Shown one piece after another: positions 29,261-40,171 of a stretch of 64,000 bases of DNA. Under the pieces are notes generated by a model that did not search any database, was not told the DNA's origin, and was given only the letters and a program-made list of their open reading frames with translations. Each line of letters opens with the position of its first letter. Position 1 is the stretch's first letter. The DNA is from Candidatus Hermodarchaeota archaeon (GTDB taxonomy: Archaea; Asgardarchaeota; Lokiarchaeia; Sigyniarchaeales; SOKP01), in the NCBI GenBank assembly GCA_048885925.1, contig JBHLLG010000003.1, positions 1 to 64,000 on the forward strand, in the 5' to 3' direction. A program made the position numbers and the translations under genes.

Positions 29261-32200
29261 TTGCAATGGGCGATGAAAGCAGATAATAATAATTCGCAAG
29301 AAAAAATAAGAAAAGCCACTGAGTTGCTTCAAAAGTCCTGGTGGTTTTCATGGTTCTTAATAATTGCTCCTTTAACAACAGCGATAGTTGGCTTTTTTAT
29401 TTTTCGTCTTTTCCGAATAGAGTTTTATTTGGCACTTTCTTTCGCTGTTGTTGTTTTTATGTTTGCTTTACTACTTTTTTATAAAGCCTTCGATAAATAC
29501 AGAAATAATCCATTTTTTCTTGATAAAACTAACAATCTCAAAGCAAGAATTCATATTATATTTTTAATTTCTACTTTAGCATTTATTGCAACTCCCATTT
29601 TTATTCTTATATCGCCAGTAGGATACTCATTTATTACACTTCCATTAATCAGTTATGCTCTTCTCTATAATATTGTTTATTATTATTGTTATTTCCAACC
29701 ATTAGACTTTTATGATTTAAATAAAGGAGAATTCAAGCATGCTCAGGATTTTAAATTAATATTAAAACAACCATATAATTTCTTACTTTTCCTAAATTAT
29801 ATTATTCATATAATTTTTTTATCCATTACTGCTTCCACTAATTTCTCTTGGCTTTATTCTCTTATAACAAACCTATTCATATATTTCATTACTATAACAA
29901 GTACTAAGAAACAAATTAATGAAATAGATGTTCTAATATTAGAAAAGAAATCATTCTTGAAAGAATTAACGTTATATAAATTAAAATTAACGATTTCTTT
30001 GATTAACCTCATTTTTATTTTATTAATTCAACTACCCTTTATAGTATTAATAACTTCAATTCTTTCAGGTACCCATTATTCAAATATAGAGCTTGTAAAT
30101 AGCTTTTTTTTATCTCTAATATTTATCTTGTTTTATTTTAAATCTAGGTTTTATATTAGTTTTTACTATACTTCCAGGCTTACTGTCTACGAAGAAGCTG
30201 AAAAATTAAAAGACGTTCAAGAGAGACCACCATTTTTAAGTAATAAGTATCAAAAGTACAATTCTTATTTTTCTGGACTATTAATTCTTTTGATAATGCT
30301 TTTCTCATTTCTAATTAATATTCCAGTATTGATATTATTTATTCTTCCTTTTCTTTATATACTCTTTCATTATGAACAGAAGTCAGATCTTTGTTCTAAA
30401 AAATACAACAAATATATTATCCTACTAAACTCTTTTGTTATTTTAATTTCTATTTGTTTTGGGCTTTTACCACAAATTTCGGAAATATTTTACATAAATA
30501 TTCAATTTATTTCATTTTTATTTTTGTCATATTTTGCATTACAATTATTTGCGAAATTTGGGTATTTTAACAAAGATAATATTATTATTTATCAAAATAT
30601 AATTGGAGTTTCTTGTTTTTCTATAATATTATATTCTTTTTTTCCCATTGTTATTTTTGAATATATTTCATTTACATCTGATCCATTTATTATATTCATT
30701 TCAAATTTTTTAGTCCATTCAATATTAATTTTGATAATTTTATTAATTTCTTTTTATGTATTATATATTCGTTTCTTTTATGCCAAACGTCCAAAATTAT
30801 TTAAAGTCAGCGTAGTTGCTAATATTTTTGTAATTGAATTAATTCTATTTATTTTAATTAATCTGAGAATATTTTATTTAGTTGAACTTTTTACATTTTT
30901 CCAAATTTTAATTTTGTCAACTATTTTATTTCCTTTAATTTTTATAATCTTTGTATCAATAAACTATTTCATGGGTATCCTCCCCCTAAAAAACTTTCTG
31001 CTACTCACATATTATTCTTTTTGGATGTTAATTTTAACTGTTTTTCTATCAATCTCTTTAACTTTTTTTAACAATTATATTATAATAACTCTCGATCTTT
31101 TATTGTTATCTATTTTACTTCATTATAACATAAAATTTGGATTAAATTTGGATAAAATAACCGCTAAAACTTTTAAAAAATTTGTAAAAGTCAATTCCTA
31201 TTTATTAACTTTTGAGCTTTTCTTTTTATTTTACAATATTTTTTTCGTAGCTTTTCAGGCGTTATTATTATTTGATAACATAATATATTCAACTTATTTA
31301 TCCTTAGCGATAATTTGCACTTTAATTAATCTATTTTCTAAAAGGGAGATCTTTTCAGAAGCGCTTTATATAAAAATAAACGTCTTTATTTTACTATACA
31401 GCTCAATTATAACATTTTATTTTTTTTTATTGTTAACACTCAATACATTTTATGTCTTAATTATTCCTATTTTAACCTCAAGCATTGTTCTTTACATTCC
31501 AATTTTATATTTAAGAAAAAAGAAATTATGCTCAAATTTAACTCCCAAATTACTCACATTTAATAGTATTTTATTATCAATAACGTTAGCATTAATTCCC
31601 ACTATTATAGGCTTAGATTTATTCTATTTGGGCATATATTTTGACTTGACTTTTTTAATAATAACAATAATCAATTTTACATTGTATATTCTGTTCTTGA
31701 TTTTTGCGATAATCAACTATTTATCACGTAAAATTAAGATTAGAGAGGAAAGATTAAAATTTTTCTTGAAATTTCAATTGCTTACTGTATTCTGTACAAG
31801 TGCTACGACTATATTTTATTATCCCTATTTCTTATTAAGCGAGACTTTATATGCAATTGTCTTCCCTTTGATTTTTGTTTGCTGTTTCCTATATTTTCCT
31901 CTCTATTACTCTTATAAGAAATCGTTTTTCAATATAGAGGATGTTAAAAGAATAATAATTCTTAATACAATAATTTTATCTTGTTTATTAACAACAATAC
32001 CAACTCTAGTTGGCATAAATTTCATTTATCTTGGAGTTATTTTTGATTTCAATATGTTTTTGTTAAACATATTAAATTTTTCAATCTATATATTCTATTT
32101 ATTCCTTTTAATCATCAGCAGCTTATTAAAAAAATTCAAAATTAAAGAAAATTTCATCTTAATTGTTAATCAAGTACATATTATATTCTTATTTATAATA

Positions 32201-35200
32201 TCTATTACAACAGTTTTCTTTTATCCTTTTCTAGTGTTATTAGAATCTTATTATGGCATAATTTTGCCACTAATTGCATTACTTTTTTCATGGTTCTTCC
32301 TTTTTTATTATTCTTATAAAAAAGAGTACTTTAATTTAGAGAGGGTCAAGAAATTGACAATATATAATTTTATTATCTTTTCTTGTTTAATTATTTCTTT
32401 ACCTACAATTGTAAGTTTGGAATTTATTAGAATTGGATTAGAAGTAAATTTAATATTTATATTAACTAGCTCTCTATTCCTACTATTTGTTTTTCTAAAG
32501 ATTTCTGAGAGTTTAAGTGTAAAAATTAAATTAAAAGAGAAATTTATCAAAAATTTTAAGTTATTTGCATTTATTTCTTGGTTTTCGTTTACTTTACTAA
32601 TATCTTATTATATTGCATCGACATTTATAGCTGAAATAGAGTTAACTCCAATAACTTTATTAATATTGAGTTGTAGCTTTTTTACATTTTTTACATTAAG
32701 TATTTACAGTTTATTTCTATTTTCTAGCTATTCAGCGGGATTATCGTATTTAAAATATTTCCAGGATCTTATCATTTATGGGATTATAATTTCAATATCA
32801 TTTATATTCTTTTTTTTAATACTCTCAGTAGAGTTTTTCGTATTTCTTTTTATAGGTCCACTGCTATTTAATGTATCAATTTTAATTGGTTCTTTTTTTA
32901 CAATTTTTCTTTTAATTCTAATAATAATTGATAAAATAATAGAAATAAGATTATCTCAATTAAAAATTATAATTGAGCTAATATCATGGCTAATTATAAA
33001 GATATTAATATGTTTATCAACCTTTTCTCTATTTGATTTTTTTACATATCAGTTCTTTGCATATCAGTTCTTTATGATTAATAAGATACTTTTATTTTCA
33101 CTAATATTTTTGTTTCTTACTCCAATAAGTCTGTTTATTTTAAAGAGTTTAAAATATTTAACTACTGAAAATCAATTTTTAATAAAAAAGATCGCTGTTA
33201 TAATCTTTATCATTTCAATATTAAGTATTTATTCTGAAATTTTGTTTAATACTATGAATTTATTACCTATCTTTTATCAGAATTTCCTATTTCATATAAC
33301 AGTCTTTATGGTAAATTTAATTTTATTTGGTTATTATTTTATTTTGATTTTTAATATAACCGTTGAAGAACGTTCTGTTTTAAAATTATTTAGATTTTAC
33401 ATTTTATCATTTATATTATTTATAAGTCTTCTTTATTTTGGTACAATTTTATCAATTTTTCTTTTATTAATATCCTTTGTTATAATTCTCTCTCAGAGGA
33501 GTTCTATTCCAATTTTTCGATTTTTCTCATATTTCCTACTAAGTTTTTTTACCTTTATTGAAACTATTGTTATTCTAAATACTTATGCTATTATACCCGG
33601 ATTTGATATACTAATGATGAATATTTTTATTATTCTTTATCTATTATCCATCAGTGGAGTTTTAGTATTTTCTATTTTATTAAATATAAAAAGAAATAAT
33701 AATCTGGAGAAAATTTCACTATATTCTCTCATTTCACTATTATCTTTTGTCTATCTTAATTCATTTACTAAAATATTAATTCTTTACAACATAACAATTT
33801 CAGCTTTTATTTTATTGTTATTTATTGGAATTAACTTGTATCGCCAAAAAGATGAACGATATAAATGGTTTATTAACCCGTGTGTACTTTTATTTATTTT
33901 TGATTTTATTAGCTTTTTATCATATTCATGGTTCTTTAATAATCCAATTTTTAAATTGTATAATCCGATTTTAACTTTTACATTAACTTTAAGTATGACT
34001 GGATTTGGATTTATCCTTTTGTATAATAAAGCGCCAGCTAGATTTAGGAAGAAGTCTTTTCTTTATGTAATTCTTCCATCAATAGTTTTTTCTTTTCCAA
34101 CCTTTTTATATTTTCTTATCATCGCTGCTTTATCTATGCCATTATGGTCTGTAGTCCCTTTTATCGTCGCAATTAATTTTGGAGTTTTTCTTTTTTATTT
34201 TTCAATTGGAATTTATCAATGGAGGATCTCATGGACAATTTGGAAATCTGGGTGGTATGCTTGGAATATTCTACCTTTTGTTAATTTCTATATAATTTAT
34301 CAAAATTTTACAGGAATAGATGTATTAACCAATTCATTACAATTTGGAATGTTTTCCGTTGAAGGATCATTAATTATATCGATAATAATTTGTTCTTTAT
34401 TTTTTTTACCAGTTGTATACTCTAAAATTAAGAAATACTTTTCTCAAATTTTTTTTATTATTTGGGGTGAAAGTCTATTTTTACTCTATTGGATTAGTCA
34501 AAATTTGTTTGTTGATGATATATTACTGAGAAATTTATCTTTCGTTTTATTCTCTGCGATTTTATTGATGCCTATTTTAGTAGGTTTAAAATTTTGGAAA
34601 ATTTTGTCAATACTTTGGGTATTTCCTCTAACATTTATTAACATATGGTTTATATCATCTTATTTGATATCTATAGGAATATCTTTTGAACTTGCATTTT
34701 CAATTGATGTTTTGGTTATAGGGTTGTTATTAATAGTATATTCATTTTTTCCAAATATTAGATCAGTAGTTGTTGTTTTAATAACTGCGTATTTCATAAC
34801 TTTATTAGGTATTTTCTTAACAATTTATTTTGTTCTATATTCTCTAATATTGAACCCATATTTTGCTATAAATATGAGTTTTATTACGGTTGGTTTTAGT
34901 CTTTTTTCCTCAAAATATGTAAAGTTATCCAAAAGAATTATTGATATATGTCTTTCTTGGATTCTAATAATAAATTTTGCATGGTTAACTTTTAATACAT
35001 TAAGTTTAATTCCAGGCTTAATAATGGTTGCTTTTTCATTAGCATTAACTGTTTTAGGTTTTTCCTTCTTCATATTTAATCGTTATAAAATGAAAATTCC
35101 TATCAATAAAGCGATTCCATATTTAATTTTGACAATTGGAGCGTCATTATCAGCCTCATCTTTAATTTCTATTATCTTTAAAGCATCTCCAGGTATTCTG

Positions 35201-38200
35201 ATTTCTGTCTCTTTTTCAGTATTCATTCTATTTTTATATTTTTTAATTACGGAATATAGGTTCATTATTTGGCTTCTTATTCCAATTCCTATAACTTCAC
35301 CAATACTTGAGCAAATAATGAGAATAAATTTTATTAAACCATTTTGGCTTTTAACGTGGTCGATGTTATATCTTATATCTTTTCAGGTATTGATAAATTT
35401 ATTTAAAAATTTGGTAACGGAAGAAAAACCGGAAATAAAAAATAGTATTTTAAAAATTTTCACGGATAAAAATCAAGTGAAACAGCTTAACTTTACCTGT
35501 TTTCTATTAAACTCAATAAGTATATCTCTATTTATCGCAATTTTTTTACCAAATTTATTGAAACAAATCATATTTACTGAATTACTATTAATTTACCAGA
35601 TTTGCGATTTTCTAATAATTTGGTCGTTCTCATTTTTAATTTGTATGAAATATGTTGAAAAATCAGAATTGAATATAAGAATAAAAAATCTAATGCATTA
35701 TTTCGCAAAAATTAGTTTCATTTTATATCTTTTAATACCCTTTGCACTAGGAATTAATCTTTATTTATATCTGGTATTTATGAAAGCAGAATTTTTGATA
35801 TCTCTTTATCTAGTTTTATTATTATTCAGTGCAGTAATGTTTATAGAAAATTTCTTCTTAGATAAAAATTATTTTTATCTTCTTTTCAATTCAACAAGAA
35901 ATCAATTTACTTTAGGTTCATGGCTAATTTTTAGTAATATTTTGGCTCTATTCTTATATTTATTTCATTTAAACGTTTTTCTTTTAATTTTAACTATTTC
36001 ACTATTGAATATCGTATCTATTTACTTTTTATCTCATTTAGATATTTCAAAAACCAAAATTTCTACTTCTTATTTAATTCTTATTTATAATTCATTTATT
36101 TGGAGTTCTTTTTATATTGCATCGTTAATTTCTGATGGGTTGGTTTTTATATTTGAAGAATTAAGGGGTTTTACTTATTACTCATTATTATTTCAAAATG
36201 CATTTTTACTATTATTCGTTTTTAGTTATTTTTTCATTAAATTTGAAAAGAATTTAAAAAATTGGATTGAATTCATTTTTTTCATCATATTTCAAGGATT
36301 ATTAGTAGTAAATTTGATTTTAATACTTGTGATTTATAATTATTTAAATGTACTTACAATTAACATAATTATTTTGATTGAGACTTGTTTGTCATTTAAA
36401 CCAATTAATAGTGTTAATATTATATTACCTGAACAAAAATATCCAAACTTCTTAACAAAAATCTCTTCAATTTTAGTATTGTTATTATATATTGAAGTAA
36501 GTATGACGATTTATGGATTATTAATTGGATTCATAGGAATGCTTGAGAGTATTCTAATTTCTCTATCATTATTATTCTTCCTAACTTTTGCAGATATTTA
36601 TTCTATCAAAAAAGTAAGAAAAAGTTATGCTTCACTTGTTCATAGTGTTAGTTTCTTTACGATTTCATTTATGTTGTTTTTAATTATAAATCGGTTGGTA
36701 TCTCAATATCCACTCTTACTTAGTGTAGAAATTTTTATCTTTTTAATAATGCAATTTTACACTAATTATTCTTTATTTGCCTCTTTAAAGAATTTTAGTC
36801 CAAATAAAAAAGAGGATCTTAAAAAAGTTCAATTATATATTCAACATCTTCTAGGTATAGGTTTCTATCTCACTCTATGTAGTTTTATATTACAGTCTTT
36901 AATCTTACAAAGGTTTGAATTGCAATTAATTCTTTTAATCCTAAGCGTTGTAGTCCATGCTTTAATGATTATAGACAATTTTCTTTTGAAATTTATAGGC
37001 AAAACGTCTAATTACATTAAAGTCATTTCCTGGATATTTATTATGACGTTTACGGCTACATACTTAATCTGGCTTTATAGTACTTATTTTATTACCTCCT
37101 TTTTTACTGTTATACCAATTATTATAATTATTCTTATCCTCGAAGTAGCTTATCTCTTCAGATTATTGATTTTTTGGCCAATAATTATTTCGAAAAAAGA
37201 AAAAATTCGTTTTTTTCTAATTAATTTAACCTATCTTAATTTTATTACATGGCCTTTGTATTTTGCGAGATTAAATGCTTTTCTTATGCTAAATTTAATA
37301 CTATTTTCCTTTCTAATTACTGTTATAATTACTTATATTGATGAAACTATAGGAGTTTTAAGAGAAAAAACAAGAAAATCCTTGAAGTCTTATTCATTCT
37401 TGATTTTTGGTAGCTTATTAACTATTGACGTTTTCATTCTCTTAGGATTTATTCCCCATTTCGATATTCTATTAAATGTTAGTATTTCTTCTTTATTATT
37501 TATTACATTTATTGTAATCAAAGTGAAGCCATTTAAAGAACATTCATTTATAGCTTTCGGTTTTTGGATGGCCATTTTTTTATTATTAAGCTTATTTATA
37601 TATCGGATTTCATTATCTTGGATTTTTGGAGTAGTAGTTTTGGGTTTAACTATTTTAATTTATCCATTCGTATTCCTTTTAGAAGAATTAAGAGAATTAT
37701 TTAACAGATTTATTGATAATTTAATAAATTTATTTAGAATGATAAAAACTATTGTTAGGAATTTAGTTATTAATATCGTCAATTTCATAAAGCTATATTT
37801 CAAATCAATTTTGATTATTGTTAATATGTTTCTTTCAATATTTCTTGGTATTCTTCTATCACCCGCAATATTGAATATATTAAATTGGATTCATTCAATA
37901 CTCCTAATATTTCCATTTTTTGGATTACTCTATTCATTCATCCCCACTAAAAAATCAAAAGATGTGGATATAACTTTTAAACGTCATATGTATCGTCTAA
38001 TTATCAGTTGGGGTAGTATTATTGTGGTTTTGTTTGCGTTTATAACACCTATTTGGTATATATTCACTATTTGGATATCAATTTGGATTGTTGGAGCAAT
38101 TTTATTACCTTATATAAGTTTTAAAGAAAAAAGTGAGAATATATCAATTAAGTGGAGATTTTATACACTAATACTTTTAATAATTTTGCTTATTTTATTT

Positions 38201-38248
38201 GGAATATTATTTGGTACTCAGATTTATATGAATTTTTTTCTAAATTAA
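29261..38248 (+). CDS. Giant (~2990 aa) polytopic membrane protein of unknown function (start likely ATG 29273)
   Basis: 9-kb uninterrupted ORF of alternating hydrophobic stretches and short Lys-rich loops; internal 134-aa repeats. Confidence 0.85.
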   Translation: MQWAMKADNNNSQEKIRKATELLQKSWWFSWFLIIAPLTTAIVGFFIFRLFRIEFYLALSFAVVVFMFALLLFYKAFDKYRNNPFFLDKTNNLKARIHIIFLISTLAFIATPIFILISPVGYSFITLPLISYALLYNIVYYYCYFQPLDFYDLNKGEFKHAQDFKLILKQPYNFLLFLNYIIHIIFLSITASTNFSWLYSLITNLFIYFITITSTKKQINEIDVLILEKKSFLKELTLYKLKLTISLINLIFILLIQLPFIVLITSILSGTHYSNIELVNSFFLSLIFILFYFKSRFYISFYYTSRLTVYEEAEKLKDVQERPPFLSNKYQKYNSYFSGLLILLIMLFSFLINIPVLILFILPFLYILFHYEQKSDLCSKKYNKYIILLNSFVILISICFGLLPQISEIFYINIQFISFLFLSYFALQLFAKFGYFNKDNIIIYQNIIGVSCFSIILYSFFPIVIFEYISFTSDPFIIFISNFLVHSILILIILLISFYVLYIRFFYAKRPKLFKVSVVANIFVIELILFILINLRIFYLVELFTFFQILILSTILFPLIFIIFVSINYFMGILPLKNFLLLTYYSFWMLILTVFLSISLTFFNNYIIITLDLLLLSILLHYNIKFGLNLDKITAKTFKKFVKVNSYLLTFELFFLFYNIFFVAFQALLLFDNIIYSTYLSLAIICTLINLFSKREIFSEALYIKINVFILLYSSIITFYFFLLLTLNTFYVLIIPILTSSIVLYIPILYLRKKKLCSNLTPKLLTFNSILLSITLALIPTIIGLDLFYLGIYFDLTFLIITIINFTLYILFLIFAIINYLSRKIKIREERLKFFLKFQLLTVFCTSATTIFYYPYFLLSETLYAIVFPLIFVCCFLYFPLYYSYKKSFFNIEDVKRIIILNTIILSCLLTTIPTLVGINFIYLGVIFDFNMFLLNILNFSIYIFYLFLLIISSLLKKFKIKENFILIVNQVHIIFLFIISITTVFFYPFLVLLESYYGIILPLIALLFSWFFLFYYSYKKEYFNLERVKKLTIYNFIIFSCLIISLPTIVSLEFIRIGLEVNLIFILTSSLFLLFVFLKISESLSVKIKLKEKFIKNFKLFAFISWFSFTLLISYYIASTFIAEIELTPITLLILSCSFFTFFTLSIYSLFLFSSYSAGLSYLKYFQDLIIYGIIISISFIFFFLILSVEFFVFLFIGPLLFNVSILIGSFFTIFLLILIIIDKIIEIRLSQLKIIIELISWLIIKILICLSTFSLFDFFTYQFFAYQFFMINKILLFSLIFLFLTPISLFILKSLKYLTTENQFLIKKIAVIIFIISILSIYSEILFNTMNLLPIFYQNFLFHITVFMVNLILFGYYFILIFNITVEERSVLKLFRFYILSFILFISLLYFGTILSIFLLLISFVIILSQRSSIPIFRFFSYFLLSFFTFIETIVILNTYAIIPGFDILMMNIFIILYLLSISGVLVFSILLNIKRNNNLEKISLYSLISLLSFVYLNSFTKILILYNITISAFILLLFIGINLYRQKDERYKWFINPCVLLFIFDFISFLSYSWFFNNPIFKLYNPILTFTLTLSMTGFGFILLYNKAPARFRKKSFLYVILPSIVFSFPTFLYFLIIAALSMPLWSVVPFIVAINFGVFLFYFSIGIYQWRISWTIWKSGWYAWNILPFVNFYIIYQNFTGIDVLTNSLQFGMFSVEGSLIISIIICSLFFLPVVYSKIKKYFSQIFFIIWGESLFLLYWISQNLFVDDILLRNLSFVLFSAILLMPILVGLKFWKILSILWVFPLTFINIWFISSYLISIGISFELAFSIDVLVIGLLLIVYSFFPNIRSVVVVLITAYFITLLGIFLTIYFVLYSLILNPYFAINMSFITVGFSLFSSKYVKLSKRIIDICLSWILIINFAWLTFNTLSLIPGLIMVAFSLALTVLGFSFFIFNRYKMKIPINKAIPYLILTIGASLSASSLISIIFKASPGILISVSFSVFILFLYFLITEYRFIIWLLIPIPITSPILEQIMRINFIKPFWLLTWSMLYLISFQVLINLFKNLVTEEKPEIKNSILKIFTDKNQVKQLNFTCFLLNSISISLFIAIFLPNLLKQIIFTELLLIYQICDFLIIWSFSFLICMKYVEKSELNIRIKNLMHYFAKISFILYLLIPFALGINLYLYLVFMKAEFLISLYLVLLLFSAVMFIENFFLDKNYFYLLFNSTRNQFTLGSWLIFSNILALFLYLFHLNVFLLILTISLLNIVSIYFLSHLDISKTKISTSYLILIYNSFIWSSFYIASLISDGLVFIFEELRGFTYYSLLFQNAFLLLFVFSYFFIKFEKNLKNWIEFIFFIIFQGLLVVNLILILVIYNYLNVLTINIIILIETCLSFKPINSVNIILPEQKYPNFLTKISSILVLLLYIEVSMTIYGLLIGFIGMLESILISLSLLFFLTFADIYSIKKVRKSYASLVHSVSFFTISFMLFLIINRLVSQYPLLLSVEIFIFLIMQFYTNYSLFASLKNFSPNKKEDLKKVQLYIQHLLGIGFYLTLCSFILQSLILQRFELQLILLILSVVVHALMIIDNFLLKFIGKTSNYIKVISWIFIMTFTATYLIWLYSTYFITSFFTVIPIIIIILILEVAYLFRLLIFWPIIISKKEKIRFFLINLTYLNFITWPLYFARLNAFLMLNLILFSFLITVIITYIDETIGVLREKTRKSLKSYSFLIFGSLLTIDVFILLGFIPHFDILLNVSISSLLFITFIVIKVKPFKEHSFIAFGFWMAIFLLLSLFIYRISLSWIFGVVVLGLTILIYPFVFLLEELRELFNRFIDNLINLFRMIKTIVRNLVINIVNFIKLYFKSILIIVNMFLSIFLGILLSPAILNILNWIHSILLIFPFFGLLYSFIPTKKSKDVDITFKRHMYRLIISWGSIIVVLFAFITPIWYIFTIWISIWIVGAILLPYISFKEKSENISIKWRFYTLILLIILLILFGILFGTQIYMNFFLN

Positions 38249-38446
38249 TGATGAAATTTTAAATTTGATAATTTTTAAAATCAGTAATTTTTGAAATCAA
38301 TAATTATTATATTTGTTTTTATAGAGTACTATAGTAATTTTATAAACATGTGTATAAAAAGTTGAAAACTTTAAATATATGTTAAAATGAACTATTATTT
38401 GAAAATCTAAAATAAAATATAAAAGTTTAAAAAAATAAATTAAGAA

Positions 38447-39937
38447 GTGATCAAAAATATGGAAGCACTAACTAAAAGAATTATAGCTATTGTCCTTATT
38501 GTTGCCATTGGAGCAGGTGTTGGCGTGACCGCATGGATTTTTCTTGCGGCACCAGGCGCTGGTGAATATTCTTGGGGTGCAAAAGATTGTCCAGGCTTAC
38601 CTGAAGGAGCTACTGTTACTTCAGAGAATATAATCAAGTTCGGAGTGGCCGGTGATGTTGGTGAAATAACAGGTGATGGCGCTTGGGAAGGTACAAGGTT
38701 CGCGGCAAAAGAAATAAATGCAGCAGGTGGTATTGTAATTAACGGTACTACATATTATATTGGGGTCACAAAAGAAGATACAGATGAGGCAAATCCTAAT
38801 TTAGTAACATCAAGAGGTGTTAATGCCGCAGAAAGGTTGGTGTATAATAAAAAGGTTCATTTTGGAATTGGTGGATTCAGATCAGAGGCATTGTTAGCAT
38901 ACCGAGAAGTATTTATGGAAAACGAGATTATATTTATTGATACTGGAGCCGCTACAGATGTATTTTGTGCATCAGTCGGATCATGGTATACTAGATATAA
39001 ATATTTCTGGAGATCCATGCCAATAAACTCATCTTCATTAGGCGCTCAAATCTTTGGCTATCTCTTCTATATGGTAGGTTTGTTAAATTACACCTATCAT
39101 CCTGCTACAAGTCCAATTGGAGGAACTGAACCAATTGATAAAATTGGAATAATTTATGAAGATTTAACTTGGACAAAGGATTTAGTAAATGGCGTGAAGA
39201 CATATTTCGGAACTCCAGGAATCCCTGTTCCTCCCTATAATAAATACGCAGGAATGCTTGTAGAAGATATCCCATATGATGTTACCTTAACCTCGGCAGA
39301 TATGCTCACTCATGTAAATGCATTAATAGCTGCTGGATGTGATATTGTTATCCCTGTAATATCTGCTCAAGGTGGAGTATTCTTAACACAACATTATGCT
39401 GATCTTACGCCAAATTTCATTTTAATAGGAATAGATGTTCAATCACAGTTGGACACATATTGGACTCAAACTGGCGGAGATTGTGTGTACGAGACTATAA
39501 TGCAAAGTATACATTATACCAATAAAACTGCAACCACAAAATCATTTTGGACAGATTTTCGCACAGAATATGGTCATGATCCACTTTATACTGCATCGGG
39601 TAGCTACGATGCTGTAAACTTCCTTGTGTGGGCAATCGAAGAGACTCAATCATTAGATCCAGATGTTATAACAGTTCAAATGGAGACAGCTACAAAATCC
39701 AATGTAATAAATAATCCTGGGGATTTCCCTTCTAGTGTTGGTGGACTTGGAGCCTACAATAGTAATCACGATCTGATTGCAGGTTATCCATTTGGATATA
39801 CTTTGTGGTGCCAGTGGCAAGCTAACGCAACGAAAATAATTTGTCCAACCGGAGGTTATGTATACCCTGACACCGCTCTTGAGAATATTGGAACGTATCA
39901 AGTGTCACCTTGGGTTCATACAGCATGGACAACTTAA
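38447..39937 (+). CDS. livK: Branched-chain amino acid-type ABC transporter substrate-binding protein
   Basis: N-terminal TM anchor; AAKEINAAGGI, GGFRSE, SYDAV; first gene of the liv cluster. Confidence 0.85.
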   Translation: MIKNMEALTKRIIAIVLIVAIGAGVGVTAWIFLAAPGAGEYSWGAKDCPGLPEGATVTSENIIKFGVAGDVGEITGDGAWEGTRFAAKEINAAGGIVINGTTYYIGVTKEDTDEANPNLVTSRGVNAAERLVYNKKVHFGIGGFRSEALLAYREVFMENEIIFIDTGAATDVFCASVGSWYTRYKYFWRSMPINSSSLGAQIFGYLFYMVGLLNYTYHPATSPIGGTEPIDKIGIIYEDLTWTKDLVNGVKTYFGTPGIPVPPYNKYAGMLVEDIPYDVTLTSADMLTHVNALIAAGCDIVIPVISAQGGVFLTQHYADLTPNFILIGIDVQSQLDTYWTQTGGDCVYETIMQSIHYTNKTATTKSFWTDFRTEYGHDPLYTASGSYDAVNFLVWAIEETQSLDPDVITVQMETATKSNVINNPGDFPSSVGGLGAYNSNHDLIAGYPFGYTLWCQWQANATKIICPTGGYVYPDTALENIGTYQVSPWVHTAWTT

Positions 39938-39998
39938 AACAACTAAGAAGATTGACTAGAAAATTAAATTGAATTAACTATTTAATAAATACAAATAA

Positions 39999-40014
39999 TT
40001 TTTTTTTTTTTTTT
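39999..40014 (+). terminator. Oligo-T archaeal terminator after livK
   Basis: Run of 16 T between livK and livH. Confidence 0.55.
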
Positions 40015-40171
40015 AAGAAATATAACGTAGTAGAGAATAGATTTATAATTTTATAAAGTAGGTTGTTATTGTATTATTTTGTCAAAAAATAATTGAAAGA
40101 TTAGCTTTATAAAAGATGGGATAAAAGTATAATATAAGTATTTTAATAAAAACACCTAGGAACAATTAAAA

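Noticed and set aside
29261-38248. Possibility that the giant ORF is an artefact of T-rich composition
   Set aside because: About 3000 stop-free codons in DNA this AT-rich is implausible by chance, and it carries in-frame protein-level repeats
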